From: Candidatus Falkowbacteria bacterium
GTDB lineage: Bacteria; Patescibacteriota; Patescibacteriia; UBA11705
Assembly (NCBI GenBank): GCA_003518055.1
Contig: DOZJ01000002.1
Span: forward strand, 378,304-440,362
Reading direction: 5' to 3'
Length of the DNA stretch: 62,059 nt
The notes beneath the pieces are model-generated. The model saw nothing but the letters and a program-made list of their open reading frames with translations. It ran no database searches and was not told the DNA's origin. This document shows, one piece after another, positions 17,439 through 26,959 of the stretch; position 1 is the stretch's first letter; each line of letters opens with the position of its first letter. Made by a program: the position numbers and the translations under genes.

Positions 17439-17513
17439 TCCCTGGTAGTAAAATCGGTATAACATCGCGCTGTTAACGCGAAGTTCCTGGTTCGAGTCCA
17501 GGCCGGGGAGCCA
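17439..17513 (+). tRNA. tRNA-Asn(GUU): tRNA-Asn (anticodon GTT), CCA encoded
   Basis: Manual cloverleaf: acceptor TCCCTGG/CCGGGGA, anticodon arm TCGCG-CTGTTAA-CGCGA, T-arm CCTGG-TTCGAGT-CCAGG. Confidence 0.85.
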
Positions 17514-17519
17514 ATAAAT

Positions 17520-17690
17520 ATGGATAAAAACATAGTTAAAACCCTAATTTTGATCCTTACCATCCTGCTCGGATTTTTTATGTTTGTATACGGTGAGATT
17601 GATGATAGTCCCGGCGGGCAGTTAATTGGGGTAGTCGCAATTGCCACCGGAATAATCGGGTTGATAAGACATAAGAAAAAAAGTCGTTGA
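17520..17690 (+). CDS. Possible small membrane protein (56 aa)
   Basis: Read manually (below the ORF-track cutoff): MDKNIVKTLILILTILLGFFMFVYGEIDDSPGGQLIGVVAIATGIIGLIRHKKKSR. Two TM helices, no SD. Confidence 0.3.
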   Translation: MDKNIVKTLILILTILLGFFMFVYGEIDDSPGGQLIGVVAIATGIIGLIRHKKKSR

Positions 17691-17995
17691 CCACGTCAGA
17701 CGGATTGACTAATATATTTCTACCATTTTGACTCACGGCCGACTATAGTTTTGTCGCTAAAGTTGCGAAACATTCCGGTTAAAATCGTCAGATAAATGTA
17801 CCTCGGGATTAGTGTCGATCGGTTTTCGTGGGATGCAAAATTACAAACAGCAGTCAAAAAATAAAGTTTGAACGAACAGCAAGAGTAACGGCAACGTTAT
17901 ATTTTTATGTTTTAGATGAATATACTACAAATTATACTACGAGACAGATTTTCGTCATAAGATAAAAAAAACAGGAATTGATCCTGTTTTGGTTT

Positions 17996-18841
17996 TTAAG
18001 CTTCACACGTTAGATTGTCCCAATCGTATTCCGGATTGGCTGCTTTGATTGCGTCCGGACCGCGTTCTTCACCGTATCCGCCGTCAAGACGATAGGTGAC
18101 GCGCGGCCGGCATCGGCTTTCCATGTCGCTAAAGAGAAAGAGAAACGGCGCGGTTGGTCCGCCGCCATCGTCGATGTTTGTCTTTGACCAGAAGACTTTT
18201 CCAAGACCAAGGACTAGGGAAGTTTGTCCGATTTTAATTGCCAGCGCGCAGAGGGATGTGATTCCAATTCCCAGGTCAAACAGTCGATCCTGCCACGGGT
18301 TCTTCGGCAGCTGGTGGACTTGTTCATGCTGAATGCCGAGACACTTTAGAGCTTGATTCAGCATGAAATATTCATTATCGTGCTCATCTCGTCGCACCAT
18401 GCGCGGCTTTGATTGCCCATGTTTGATCTTGAAGGCCTCATTTTCTTCAAGAATTTGTTTGACCGTTTGGATGGCAGAATCAAAGTGAATCTGACTCCCC
18501 GGACTGTTTGAATGCAGCGTGAAATCTCTAGGTGTGTATCTGCAGTTCGACCAGTCGCGACTGAACATGAACCATGGTCCGTTAAACACAACGGTTGGGG
18601 CATTGGCCGCCTGCTCATAAAAAGCAAATACGAGTTGAGTCATGCCAATCTGAATTACCGAGAAGTTACCATTAACCTTAAAGCCGGCTGTGTTGGCGCA
18701 AATTGCCAAGACTTCTGCTTCGGGATTGTCTTCGTTCACTTCATTATCAACCGTATAATGCTTGAGATCGACGCCCAGTCCCTGCATCAATCGCAGCAGG
18801 TACTCATATTCGCTTGATAGCATAAATGATCTTCGGATCAT
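17996..18841 (-). CDS. Hypothetical protein with two homologous halves (281 aa)
   Basis: ORF track (to 18913). I start at MIRRSF (18841), preceded by AGGAGG. N and C halves share a pattern (EYEYLLRLMQGLGV vs NEYFMLNQALKCLGI, then a hydrophobic beta-like core). Confidence 0.6.
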   Translation of the reverse strand: MIRRSFMLSSEYEYLLRLMQGLGVDLKHYTVDNEVNEDNPEAEVLAICANTAGFKVNGNFSVIQIGMTQLVFAFYEQAANAPTVVFNGPWFMFSRDWSNCRYTPRDFTLHSNSPGSQIHFDSAIQTVKQILEENEAFKIKHGQSKPRMVRRDEHDNEYFMLNQALKCLGIQHEQVHQLPKNPWQDRLFDLGIGITSLCALAIKIGQTSLVLGLGKVFWSKTNIDDGGGPTAPFLFLFSDMESRCRPRVTYRLDGGYGEERGPDAIKAANPEYDWDNLTCEA

Positions 18842-18986
18842 TGGTGCCTCCTGTAGTTGGTAGGACAAATTACCATAACACAGTTGGACAAAATTGTAAA
18901 TAGTTATGATCAAGAAATAGAAATATGATTTCGTTATGCCCGATTAGCTTGGTCTGGCGTTTATGTCTAATATTATATCGTCAATT

Positions 18987-21029
18987 CTACCTTTGATAAT
19001 AAAAGATAAAGTTTTTACCGCCATTGACCACATACCACTTATCAGCGGATATTTTGGCTTTTTCAACTATTTTAGTCGAATTTGTCCAGTAGTCATTAAT
19101 CACAAAGTATGCCTGATCAACCCCAGCCGTGTCCATAGCTTTGAGCATATAATCGCGTTTTGGCTGGTCAAAAACCATCCCTTCAAAATATGAATATAGG
19201 CTATTGTCTCCGCCGGTTGGGATTGAATAATAAAATTGCTCATTGTAGTAATATTTGAAACCAAGCTCTGATATCGCTGCCGCGCCAACCATTTGGTTGG
19301 CTAAAACAATGTAATTACCGTCAGCGGATTGATTGATAAAATTAATCGTCTCGATATCAGCAGCCGTCACATTGTATAGTTTTGTATTGATGTAGTCATT
19401 TTTTAGCGGATAGGTGAAGTAAAAGGCGCAAATTAAAATGGTGGTGAAAATGCCAACGAGCAAGGCCTGATCAAATCGTTGATCTTTCCGATGAAACAGC
19501 TGGACGCTGAAAAAATAAAAGGCCGTCATAGTAAGCGGTAAAAGAAAAAACATGGCCAGATCAGCTATTCTTTGAGTAAAATCAGCGTTATTGCTTGCGG
19601 TGACAAAATCAAGGGTAATGAAGGTTTTCATCAGCCCAAAACCGATCATAAATAGCCCGGTAAAAAGTAACTGTGAGGAATATTTTGTTAAAAGTTTGTG
19701 CTTGGATAAATAAAGGGCGGCCAGTGCTGCTAAGATCAAAAAGATGATTTCTTTATTGGAACCGTAAATGTGAATGAAGTCCATTATCGCCCTCCGCTGA
19801 TCCAGTATATATTGCCAATCAAGATTGTTTACCCATGTGAAACTCGGGATCCAGTTGATGGTATAACCCCGAGAAATAGAGTTGAGTAAAAATAAGAATG
19901 GGAAAACAATGGCGGCCCCCAAAGTCGTTATGTATTGTAAGTATTTGTTTTTGCTAGTTAGGTAAATGTTGTATAAAATCAATGGAACGCCATATAATGG
20001 GTGAATAATTAAAGTAAAGATTGAAATTAGCCACCGAGCTGCTAGATATTCAGTCTTTATTGATAAAAAGATTATCCCAATTGCAAAAACACTGGTAAGA
20101 TTCTGGGGCGTAGTCATGATGAAGTAACTGGTTGGGGCTAGAAATAAAATCAAGGCCGATAGCCAGGCCGGAAATGGGTATTCTTTGTTTTTGACAAAGC
20201 CCATGTAAATAGCGATTGGTAATAATACGGCGGCTGCGATGGGGCCGGCAAAGTGATTGATGGTTTCAAGCGGCAGGGTGGTTGTAAGGTGAATTATGAT
20301 TAGCCACATGTACATGCCAATATAGTATAGCGGTTTTGGTTGCAGTGAACCCGTGACAAGGATATTTTCCATACCGGCCTCGTGGATGAATGGGTCGTAA
20401 CCAAATCCCAGCTTGTATATAAGGCTGGCGGCGCCAAAAAATAAAAATGTATATAAAATAAAGAAAAATAGATTAGACTTTAGTCCTTTTTTAAATAAAA
20501 GAATAAGATTTAGGGTCAAGAGTCCAAAACCGATCCAAAAATACGTAGGCATATCGAACCAAGGGCTAGCTAGGGATTCTGTAGTTGATTTCGCGACCAA
20601 GATTGATAGCTCAAGAATGTATATCGCAACAAATGAAAGCTGTAACCGGCCTGGTTTTGAAAGCAGTTGAAGATTCATCTCGATTTTAGTCTCTGTTCCC
20701 GATGAATACAAATATTGTTCAATAGTAAAAAACGTTAAAATCACAATGACCCAGAGCAGCCAGACCGGTGTTGACCAAAGGTAAAAACAAACCCAAGCTA
20801 GGAAAACAATCGCGAACCAGATTAAGGCGGCCATGCTCCATGGCGAATAAAAATCCAATCTATGCGCCAGCGGGCTTCTTTTTAGTAATATAGCGTAATA
20901 AAGTGTTATGAAGACGGTAGCGGATAGGCCAACGAAAGCATTTTGTAAAACCAAAAAGTTTGCTACCATTAAAACAATGCCAGCTAAGCGCAGCCAAACC
21001 CCAAGTTTTTCTTCTATATGGATGATCAT
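18987..21029 (-). CDS. Large polytopic membrane protein (680 aa), function unknown
   Basis: ORF track. More than 15 hydrophobic helices and a soluble C-terminal domain. Confidence 0.65.
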   Translation of the reverse strand: MIIHIEEKLGVWLRLAGIVLMVANFLVLQNAFVGLSATVFITLYYAILLKRSPLAHRLDFYSPWSMAALIWFAIVFLAWVCFYLWSTPVWLLWVIVILTFFTIEQYLYSSGTETKIEMNLQLLSKPGRLQLSFVAIYILELSILVAKSTTESLASPWFDMPTYFWIGFGLLTLNLILLFKKGLKSNLFFFILYTFLFFGAASLIYKLGFGYDPFIHEAGMENILVTGSLQPKPLYYIGMYMWLIIIHLTTTLPLETINHFAGPIAAAVLLPIAIYMGFVKNKEYPFPAWLSALILFLAPTSYFIMTTPQNLTSVFAIGIIFLSIKTEYLAARWLISIFTLIIHPLYGVPLILYNIYLTSKNKYLQYITTLGAAIVFPFLFLLNSISRGYTINWIPSFTWVNNLDWQYILDQRRAIMDFIHIYGSNKEIIFLILAALAALYLSKHKLLTKYSSQLLFTGLFMIGFGLMKTFITLDFVTASNNADFTQRIADLAMFFLLPLTMTAFYFFSVQLFHRKDQRFDQALLVGIFTTILICAFYFTYPLKNDYINTKLYNVTAADIETINFINQSADGNYIVLANQMVGAAAISELGFKYYYNEQFYYSIPTGGDNSLYSYFEGMVFDQPKRDYMLKAMDTAGVDQAYFVINDYWTNSTKIVEKAKISADKWYVVNGGKNFIFYYQR

Positions 21030-21542
21030 AAATTATCACCTGAACATAAAATTAAAATCCACAGGGTACTCCTGATATTATTTTTAGTGGTGGTGATTTT
21101 TTTGTTCAGTCAAAAAATCGTTCTTGGTAATAGTGTATCTTATGAGGTGGATTTTGTTAATAGCAGCCGATTTGTTCGCGGGCCGTTTCCGGAAGGTCGG
21201 GTTGAGCCTCAAAGCAGCTCTTATTTGGTTAAATATGAACCGGTCTATTTTTCGGCTTATTCTCCGCGCCGATTTAATCGGGCAAAGGTCAGAATCAGCT
21301 ATCGCCAGTCTGCTGATTTAAAAAGCCAAATCGGCTTGAAGCTGGATGTTAATGACTGGGCCTTTTATTTTGAGCCATTGCCACCAACCGATCATGAGGT
21401 CCAAGTTTACGAGACTACGTTTGATCTGACGCGGGCTGAGCTTATTCGCAACCAGTTGAAATTTGTCATTGCCGCTCCGGGGATTGATAATCAGGGAGGG
21501 TGGATTGAAGTTTATAACCTACAAATTGAGCTGCTGAAATAA
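21018..21542 (+). CDS. Membrane-anchored protein (174 aa)
   Basis: ORF track. Single N-terminal TM. Its start overlaps the divergent 18987..21029 start by 12 nt. Confidence 0.5.
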   Translation: MDDHKLSPEHKIKIHRVLLILFLVVVIFLFSQKIVLGNSVSYEVDFVNSSRFVRGPFPEGRVEPQSSSYLVKYEPVYFSAYSPRRFNRAKVRISYRQSADLKSQIGLKLDVNDWAFYFEPLPPTDHEVQVYETTFDLTRAELIRNQLKFVIAAPGIDNQGGWIEVYNLQIELLK

Positions 21543-21543
21543 T

Positions 21544-21723
21544 ATGCGGTCTTATATTGTTGAAATAATTAATTTTGTCATCAATCACCTCGTTGTTTTT
21601 TCTTTGGGCTTATTATTGCTTGAGCTGTTTATGCCCGGGTTTGTAATTTATTATATTGATTTAAATATTTTATTGGTGTCAGTCATATCATTGAAAATTG
21701 GGTATTGGTTGTATCAGTATTAA
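21544..21723 (+). CDS. Possible small membrane protein (59 aa)
   Basis: Read manually: MRSYIVEIINFVINHLVVFSLGLLLLELFMPGFVIYYIDLNILLVSVISLKIGYWLYQY. Begins 2 nt after the upstream stop. Confidence 0.35.
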   Translation: MRSYIVEIINFVINHLVVFSLGLLLLELFMPGFVIYYIDLNILLVSVISLKIGYWLYQY

Positions 21724-21790
21724 CTTATATCTTTGGTTAAGCGGATAATCGTTAATCAAAAAAATCGAGTGTTTACTCGATTTTGTGATT

Positions 21791-22264
21791 TTATGAGTCG
21801 TGTTCAAAGTCTTCCTGCCTGCATGACTTCGAATGTACAATATGAATTGGGTATGTAACCCCATCGTCAAGGGTAAAGTCATCTTCGCCTACTGATACAA
21901 GCACGCTTGCCTTTGGGTTTACCTCTCCGGAGTGAAGTTTCCTAACCACAAATGAACCCATCGGCCCAGCCGGTTCGAGAACCACCGGTTCACCGATTAG
22001 ACCGCGTAGATAATACCGAATTCGAAAATCGGTTGGAATGATAGCCGAGTGGGCAAGAAATTCCTCGCCATTCGATAGGAAGACAACACCGTCAGAAATC
22101 CGAGTGAGAATTGCCGCCCCCATTTCTTGATCATCTGCGGACGCTTTCGTAATCTCAACCGTTCCCAGACCGGCTCCAGCGTTAACTTGTACCCACTCGC
22201 CAACCAATGATTCAAGATACGCCTTGAGCTCAGGTGACAATTCTGTGGTCTTCCAGTCGGTCAT
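21791..22264 (-). CDS. Hypothetical protein with duplicated beta-rich module (157 aa)
   Basis: ORF track (to 22303). I start at MTDWKTT (22264), preceded by AAGGAGGA. Lies 14 nt downstream of the channel gene. GEWVQVNAGAGLGTVEI... and GEPVVLEPAGPMGSFVV... are repeats. Confidence 0.6.
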   Translation of the reverse strand: MTDWKTTELSPELKAYLESLVGEWVQVNAGAGLGTVEITKASADDQEMGAAILTRISDGVVFLSNGEEFLAHSAIIPTDFRIRYYLRGLIGEPVVLEPAGPMGSFVVRKLHSGEVNPKASVLVSVGEDDFTLDDGVTYPIHIVHSKSCRQEDFEHDS

Positions 22265-22278
22265 CGTTCCTCCTTTGC

Positions 22279-23319
22279 CTACAGCTCGCTGCGGCCAAAC
22301 CATTTTTGATTTAGACCACCGGTAATACCGTTTTCTTCCATCAAAAGCAGTGCTCGGTTGATATCCTCGGTAAATGGTGACTCATCTTTCAACGCCAAAC
22401 CATAGTACTGCTTGTCAAAAATGAAATGCAGTGTGGCAAAGCGTCCGGTTTTGTCATTCATTTCCTTGTAAAGCAGACCCGGGGCGTCAAAAACCACTCC
22501 GTCAACCTGCATCGTCGCCAACAGATCAAAGGCGTCCGCCTCTTCCTGCACCAAGACCAGGTCGGCGCCGTACTTCTGCAGCGCGGCCTCACTGGTGGTT
22601 CCAGCCAAGGTCGCAATTTTCTGATCCTTGAGATCGGCGGCACTATGAATAGTCGTGTTGATATCACTGTTAATGATATTGCTGGTGATTTGACCCACCA
22701 TTATAGTGAAAAAAGCGATCCCTGTAATCATCATGATGATGGTGCAGAATTTCCCGAAGGCGGTTTTGGGTGTGATGTCGCCATAACCGACTGTCGCGGA
22801 GGTGACCAAAACAAAATAGCTGGATTCATATGTTCCTCGGAGATAACTACCCATATTCGCTTGGTGTCTTTTTTCCGTTAGATAGAATACGTGAGCCATG
22901 AAAATAACATAAAGCACGAAATACATCACCAAACGACCCACATCCCAGTTGAGTACAGGGCTTTTTTCGTTACGAACCATGACCGTCAAACCGGCGTTGA
23001 AGTAAGGATAGCTGAAATCAAATCTTTGTTCACGGCCATTCGTGACTGAAACGCCGCCGATCATCATGTCAAATTCGCCGCTGATCAAACGATCAAAACG
23101 CTTGTCCCGATCCACCCGAACATATTCAAAATCCACACCGAGGTAATTCCCCAGCTGTTCGAGCAGGTCAATATCATAACCGGTCAATCTACCCGACTTA
23201 TCTTCGATGACAAACGGGGTGTAGGTCGTGTACCCGACGGTCAAGGTTTCTGCCTCGGCCGCACCGCCAAAGAAAAGGCTGATCATCAAAGCTACCAGCA
23301 GGGTCCCGACTGTCTTCAT
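22279..23319 (-). CDS. GluR0-type ligand-gated K+ channel: periplasmic substrate-binding domain interrupted by a two-TM pore (346 aa)
   Basis: ORF track (to 23364). I start at MKTVGT (23319) after AAGGAG. SBP lobe 1 (LTGYDIDLLEQLG...DMMIGGVSVT..R), then TM, then pore helix with TSATVGYGDITP (K+ selectivity filter), then TM, then SBP lobe 2. Confidence 0.7.
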   Translation of the reverse strand: MKTVGTLLVALMISLFFGGAAEAETLTVGYTTYTPFVIEDKSGRLTGYDIDLLEQLGNYLGVDFEYVRVDRDKRFDRLISGEFDMMIGGVSVTNGREQRFDFSYPYFNAGLTVMVRNEKSPVLNWDVGRLVMYFVLYVIFMAHVFYLTEKRHQANMGSYLRGTYESSYFVLVTSATVGYGDITPKTAFGKFCTIIMMITGIAFFTIMVGQITSNIINSDINTTIHSAADLKDQKIATLAGTTSEAALQKYGADLVLVQEEADAFDLLATMQVDGVVFDAPGLLYKEMNDKTGRFATLHFIFDKQYYGLALKDESPFTEDINRALLLMEENGITGGLNQKWFGRSEL

Positions 23320-23549
23320 ATGTCCACTCCTTTGGTGTTTTTGGTTTTGAATGTCAAGGGTCAAAATACTCTATATTCTAGTATAAAAACAACTTTTTGT
23401 CAAGTGTCTGGCGAATGTTAACGGGTAAGGTTATTTATTTACGTAATTTAAGTCCTTTGTAACGTATTGCTGAGTTTGAATAACCAAGTTGATCAAAACT
23501 TGAATTACATTAAAAAAGACCCTGAAGTTTCAGGATCTATTGTTGATAA

Positions 23550-24722
23550 TTACCAGAAAAGCACATCACAGACAACCGCAAAGGCCAGCGCATCGTAGAA
23601 CGGATCGTATGGATAGTAATAACCGTATGGCTCATATCCATAATACCCATAGTTATAAAATGGATCATACGCATCATTCGAATCATCTTCGTATGTTTCA
23701 GTGTCAGTGTGAGTATTCACAGTACCTTCTTCGAGACTATAATTCACTTCCGCGCCGCAGCCGGGACAGTTCGAACTGCCATTGGGAATCCGGCTGTGAC
23801 ACTTCGGGCACTCGCCGTAGGTTTCCTCCGGCCCGGTTTCAACTTGTTCCCAGTTGAGACGCTTGCCGCAGATTGGGCAATTCTCAAAATGATCAACGCC
23901 GGCATTCATCAGCAGCACCGCGAGAGCCGCCTCGCAATGCTCACATTCGGTACCTTCACGCCGAGCATGTTCCAGCATGCCGGAGGCATAGATAGTAGCC
24001 GCGATCGAGTCTGATTCCTCATCCGAGTTTCCGAGGTCTGTCCACTTGTATGAGGTGTCAACAATCCGGTCAATCTCGTCAAAGAAGGTTCCGAGCTGGA
24101 GGTCAAACCAGAATTGCTCAGTATCGAACTTGCCATCAGCCAGCTTCTGGACAAAGACAACCACTCGGGGGTCAAAGTCAGCGGGCAGCTTTGAAGACGT
24201 CTTGTGGGCAAACCAGCTCATCATCGCTAGGCGCAGATCCTCAACCCCAAGTTCTTCGCGCTCTCGTGAATCAAGGATTTCGTCTGCCGGAAATCTCCAC
24301 GTATCGTACACATGATCAAGTACTTGGAATGAACCATCATCCTTGAGCATATCTACATGGACTTGAGCCGCCAAAGCCACCTGCCAAAACATATTAAAGT
24401 GCAGGGAAGCGTCAAACGCTCCAAGCAGCTTGCCAATCAACTCCCGGCCTGCATCGGTCACTTCATAGAACAGCGGGTCCGGATCTCTCGGTGTTGGAGT
24501 CTTCTTCTTGAACCAAGACAGTCTTGGCTTTTCGGCTTCCGGCTCCGGGGACTCTGCGTTTCTCACATTGATAAATCCGTGAACGTGCATCTCGCCGATG
24601 TCAGCTTCCATGAATCGCAGATCTTCATCCTCAATCAGCACCGGAATTCGAAGCCCACGCTCTTCCATGTAATACAGCAGGGTAATGATTCTCAGTTTCT
24701 GACGCCAGTCCAATTCTTTCAT
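23550..24722 (-). CDS. Hypothetical protein with Cys4 zinc-ribbon pairs and Tyr-rich C-terminal tail (390 aa)
   Basis: ORF track. GGGAGGG SD. CEHCEA...CPICG and CPKCH...CPGCG. The tail is YDPFYNYGYYGYEPYGYYYPYDPFY followed by a hydrophobic end. Confidence 0.65.
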   Translation of the reverse strand: MKELDWRQKLRIITLLYYMEERGLRIPVLIEDEDLRFMEADIGEMHVHGFINVRNAESPEPEAEKPRLSWFKKKTPTPRDPDPLFYEVTDAGRELIGKLLGAFDASLHFNMFWQVALAAQVHVDMLKDDGSFQVLDHVYDTWRFPADEILDSREREELGVEDLRLAMMSWFAHKTSSKLPADFDPRVVVFVQKLADGKFDTEQFWFDLQLGTFFDEIDRIVDTSYKWTDLGNSDEESDSIAATIYASGMLEHARREGTECEHCEAALAVLLMNAGVDHFENCPICGKRLNWEQVETGPEETYGECPKCHSRIPNGSSNCPGCGAEVNYSLEEGTVNTHTDTETYEDDSNDAYDPFYNYGYYGYEPYGYYYPYDPFYDALAFAVVCDVLFW

Positions 24723-24836
24723 TGGCCCTCCCGCCTGTCACTGTGACAGGATTCTGGTGGTATTTCTGTTTTGCAGTTCTCTGAGTTTAAAAAGAAGTGC
24801 CGGTTGACACTTCAGATTTTAGTTCGAATTAAGAGT

Positions 24837-25907
24837 TTAACGACGCCGACCGCCGCCTGAGCTGCGGAATCCGCCGCCGCTGCTCCTGCGGGCGCCTCCG
24901 CCGCCCCAGCCGCTGCTTCTCGGCGCTGCCGGTCTGGTCGCAGCCGGCCTGGTGCCGCCGCCGCTCGGGGTTGTATGCCAGCCGGGCTTGGCCGGAGGTG
25001 TCCGTCCAGCCGGTGCCGCTTCGGGCTGCTTGGTGGCGCCAGCGCCGAATCCCGTCGCCTTGCGCTTGGTCTGGTTCGGGTCGCGCGCCTGATAGTCGCG
25101 GGTCGTTCCGGCTCGTCCGGCTACGCCCTGCCCCGGCTTGTTATACTGGGTTGACTTGGCGTACTTGCTCGGCTTCTCTGCCGACTTGATGACCTTCGAG
25201 GTCGGTCGAGTCGTCTTGGAGATCGGCGACACCTGTGTCTTGGTGATCTGCCGACTCGATCGGAACGAATCTCGACGTGAGCTGAGCGCCGGACCGGCAA
25301 AGACCGGTCGCGGCGAGTAGAAGCCCGTCCGATACATCGGTACGTAGTATGGCCGCGGCGAGAACATGTAGCCGAGCAGTAGTCCGGTGGCAAAGCCACT
25401 GCCATGATGGTAGGCCATGGGGTAACTATAATAATAATCATTGTAGCCGTGGACGTGCTGACTGTAGCCGCCAGAGATCACGACCTGATTCGTGGTCGTA
25501 TTCCGCTCGAACTCTACCTGACCGATGGTGACTCCGTCTTCCTCCTTGCCGGTGGATGATGGAATGGCCACGAGGTCGACCAGCCGCTTGATGTCGTTCG
25601 ACTCTGGCAGCTCGCGGAAGACGACATAGTCGATCTTCCCATCCTGATCGATATCGACATTGTTGATTCCGGATTCGCCGTTGACCAGCGTCTCCATCTC
25701 TTCGATGCTCGCGACCTTGTTCTCGCGAATCATGGTCATAAGCGTCTCGAGATCGAAATCATCGGTCTTGACCGAGCCGGTGGTCTCCGTTTCAGTCTGG
25801 GTATACGTCTGATGGCTCGAGTGGGTACTTCGGCCGCAGCCGGCCCCGATAAAGATCATCAGGCTGAGAATAGCAAAAATAGGCAGAAAAACCCTCGGAT
25901 AGCGCAT
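24837..25907 (-). CDS. G+C-rich lipoprotein with DxDxDG Ca-binding-like loop, Tyr-rich segment and R/G/P-rich tail (356 aa)
   Basis: ORF track. AAGGAGG SD. Lipobox-like IGAGC. NNVDIDQDGKIDY. The C-terminus ends ...GGGGARRSSGGGFRSSGGGRRR. Confidence 0.65.
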   Translation of the reverse strand: MRYPRVFLPIFAILSLMIFIGAGCGRSTHSSHQTYTQTETETTGSVKTDDFDLETLMTMIRENKVASIEEMETLVNGESGINNVDIDQDGKIDYVVFRELPESNDIKRLVDLVAIPSSTGKEEDGVTIGQVEFERNTTTNQVVISGGYSQHVHGYNDYYYSYPMAYHHGSGFATGLLLGYMFSPRPYYVPMYRTGFYSPRPVFAGPALSSRRDSFRSSRQITKTQVSPISKTTRPTSKVIKSAEKPSKYAKSTQYNKPGQGVAGRAGTTRDYQARDPNQTKRKATGFGAGATKQPEAAPAGRTPPAKPGWHTTPSGGGTRPAATRPAAPRSSGWGGGGARRSSGGGFRSSGGGRRR

Positions 25908-26113
25908 GTTGCCTCCTTGGTTGGGGTTGCGCTGTTGGTTGTCAAAGCACTAAATTACTCGCCATTTTAACACGCTCGATTAAATCTGTCAAGTTTTGGC
26001 TAATTATATGTTTTTATCAGCTTGACAAAGGTATTTATTTATAGTAAGTTTCTTCGAAGATCATTTACATATAAAACAAGGCAAATTTACACCAAACTCC
26101 AAGTCAACAGGAG

Positions 26114-26959
26114 GTGGGGATGGCTGAGACAGTTTTAAACGCTCCAACTCAGGAATCATATGTTCTGAAACGCGCTCTGACCAATCCGGTTACCATAGTG
26201 TCATTTATTCTTGGTGTCTTGTGTGGCATTCTGCTGGCTTCGGTTGATTTTAGTACGCTGTTTCTGGTTGGCTTGATTGTGTTTGTTGTGGTTGCGTTCG
26301 GATCCTTTATTTTGGATGTTACCACGCGCAAGGTATTTTTCTTGGAAGATTGGCTGAAGATCGTCAAGACGCAGATGAAGCAGCGACAAAACCGTGATGT
26401 TCATGATCTACGTCTTGAAATTGCCGAGTGTGGTCGGATTCCCGGAACCACCACCCGCGTAGTGGCGGCCAATAATCAATTTCGAGTGGTCGAGCGGGTT
26501 TTTGGCAAGATTGATCAAGTCCTGGCGCATAAATACAAGACCGGAGAAATTAAGTATGGCAAGTTTTTGGCCGCGGCCGAAGGTTTGTCAAAAGCGATTC
26601 TGTCACATTTGAGACAGATTGTTACTCTGCTCCAGAGTCTGGGAGCGCTGCAGCCAAACGACAAGAGACTGGAATTTTTAGAGCGGCTCACCAGCCAGAC
26701 ACCGCAATTTGAGGCGGAAAGAGATCGTCTCCGGCAGCAGGCCGAAAGAAAGACCAGGGTTTATATCGAGGTGGATCGCATTATCACTGAAAATGAAACC
26801 GCCATTGGGGCGCTTGAAACCATGCTCGACAAGATCGCCTCAACTCCCACTGATATGGTTAGTGCTGCTGACTTTGCGGATTTACTCAATCAAGTCGCTG
26901 ATATTTCTAACCGTCTCGACACCACCAAGCATGAGGAGCGTACCGATGACAATGGCTGA
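26114..26959 (+). CDS. xpaC: XpaC-like membrane/coiled-coil protein (281 aa)
   Basis: Two N-terminal TM helices then a long helical region. Sits immediately upstream of, and overlapping, a TelA-family gene, as in the B. subtilis xpaC-yaaN pair. Assignment is by architecture and synteny only. Confidence 0.45.
   Translation: MGMAETVLNAPTQESYVLKRALTNPVTIVSFILGVLCGILLASVDFSTLFLVGLIVFVVVAFGSFILDVTTRKVFFLEDWLKIVKTQMKQRQNRDVHDLRLEIAECGRIPGTTTRVVAANNQFRVVERVFGKIDQVLAHKYKTGEIKYGKFLAAAEGLSKAILSHLRQIVTLLQSLGALQPNDKRLEFLERLTSQTPQFEAERDRLRQQAERKTRVYIEVDRIITENETAIGALETMLDKIASTPTDMVSAADFADLLNQVADISNRLDTTKHEERTDDNG

Noticed and set aside
17435-17647. 70-aa minus-strand ORF
   Set aside because: It overlaps tRNA-Asn and is antisense to a plausible small membrane ORF. 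No SD.
22426-24746. Multiple + strand track ORFs (22426..22881, 23540..23857, 23709..24014, 24046..24346, 24357..24746) antisense to the channel and zinc-ribbon genes
   Set aside because: Their products are low-complexity and basic, and they lack SDs. The minus-strand genes have strong SDs and recognisable motifs.
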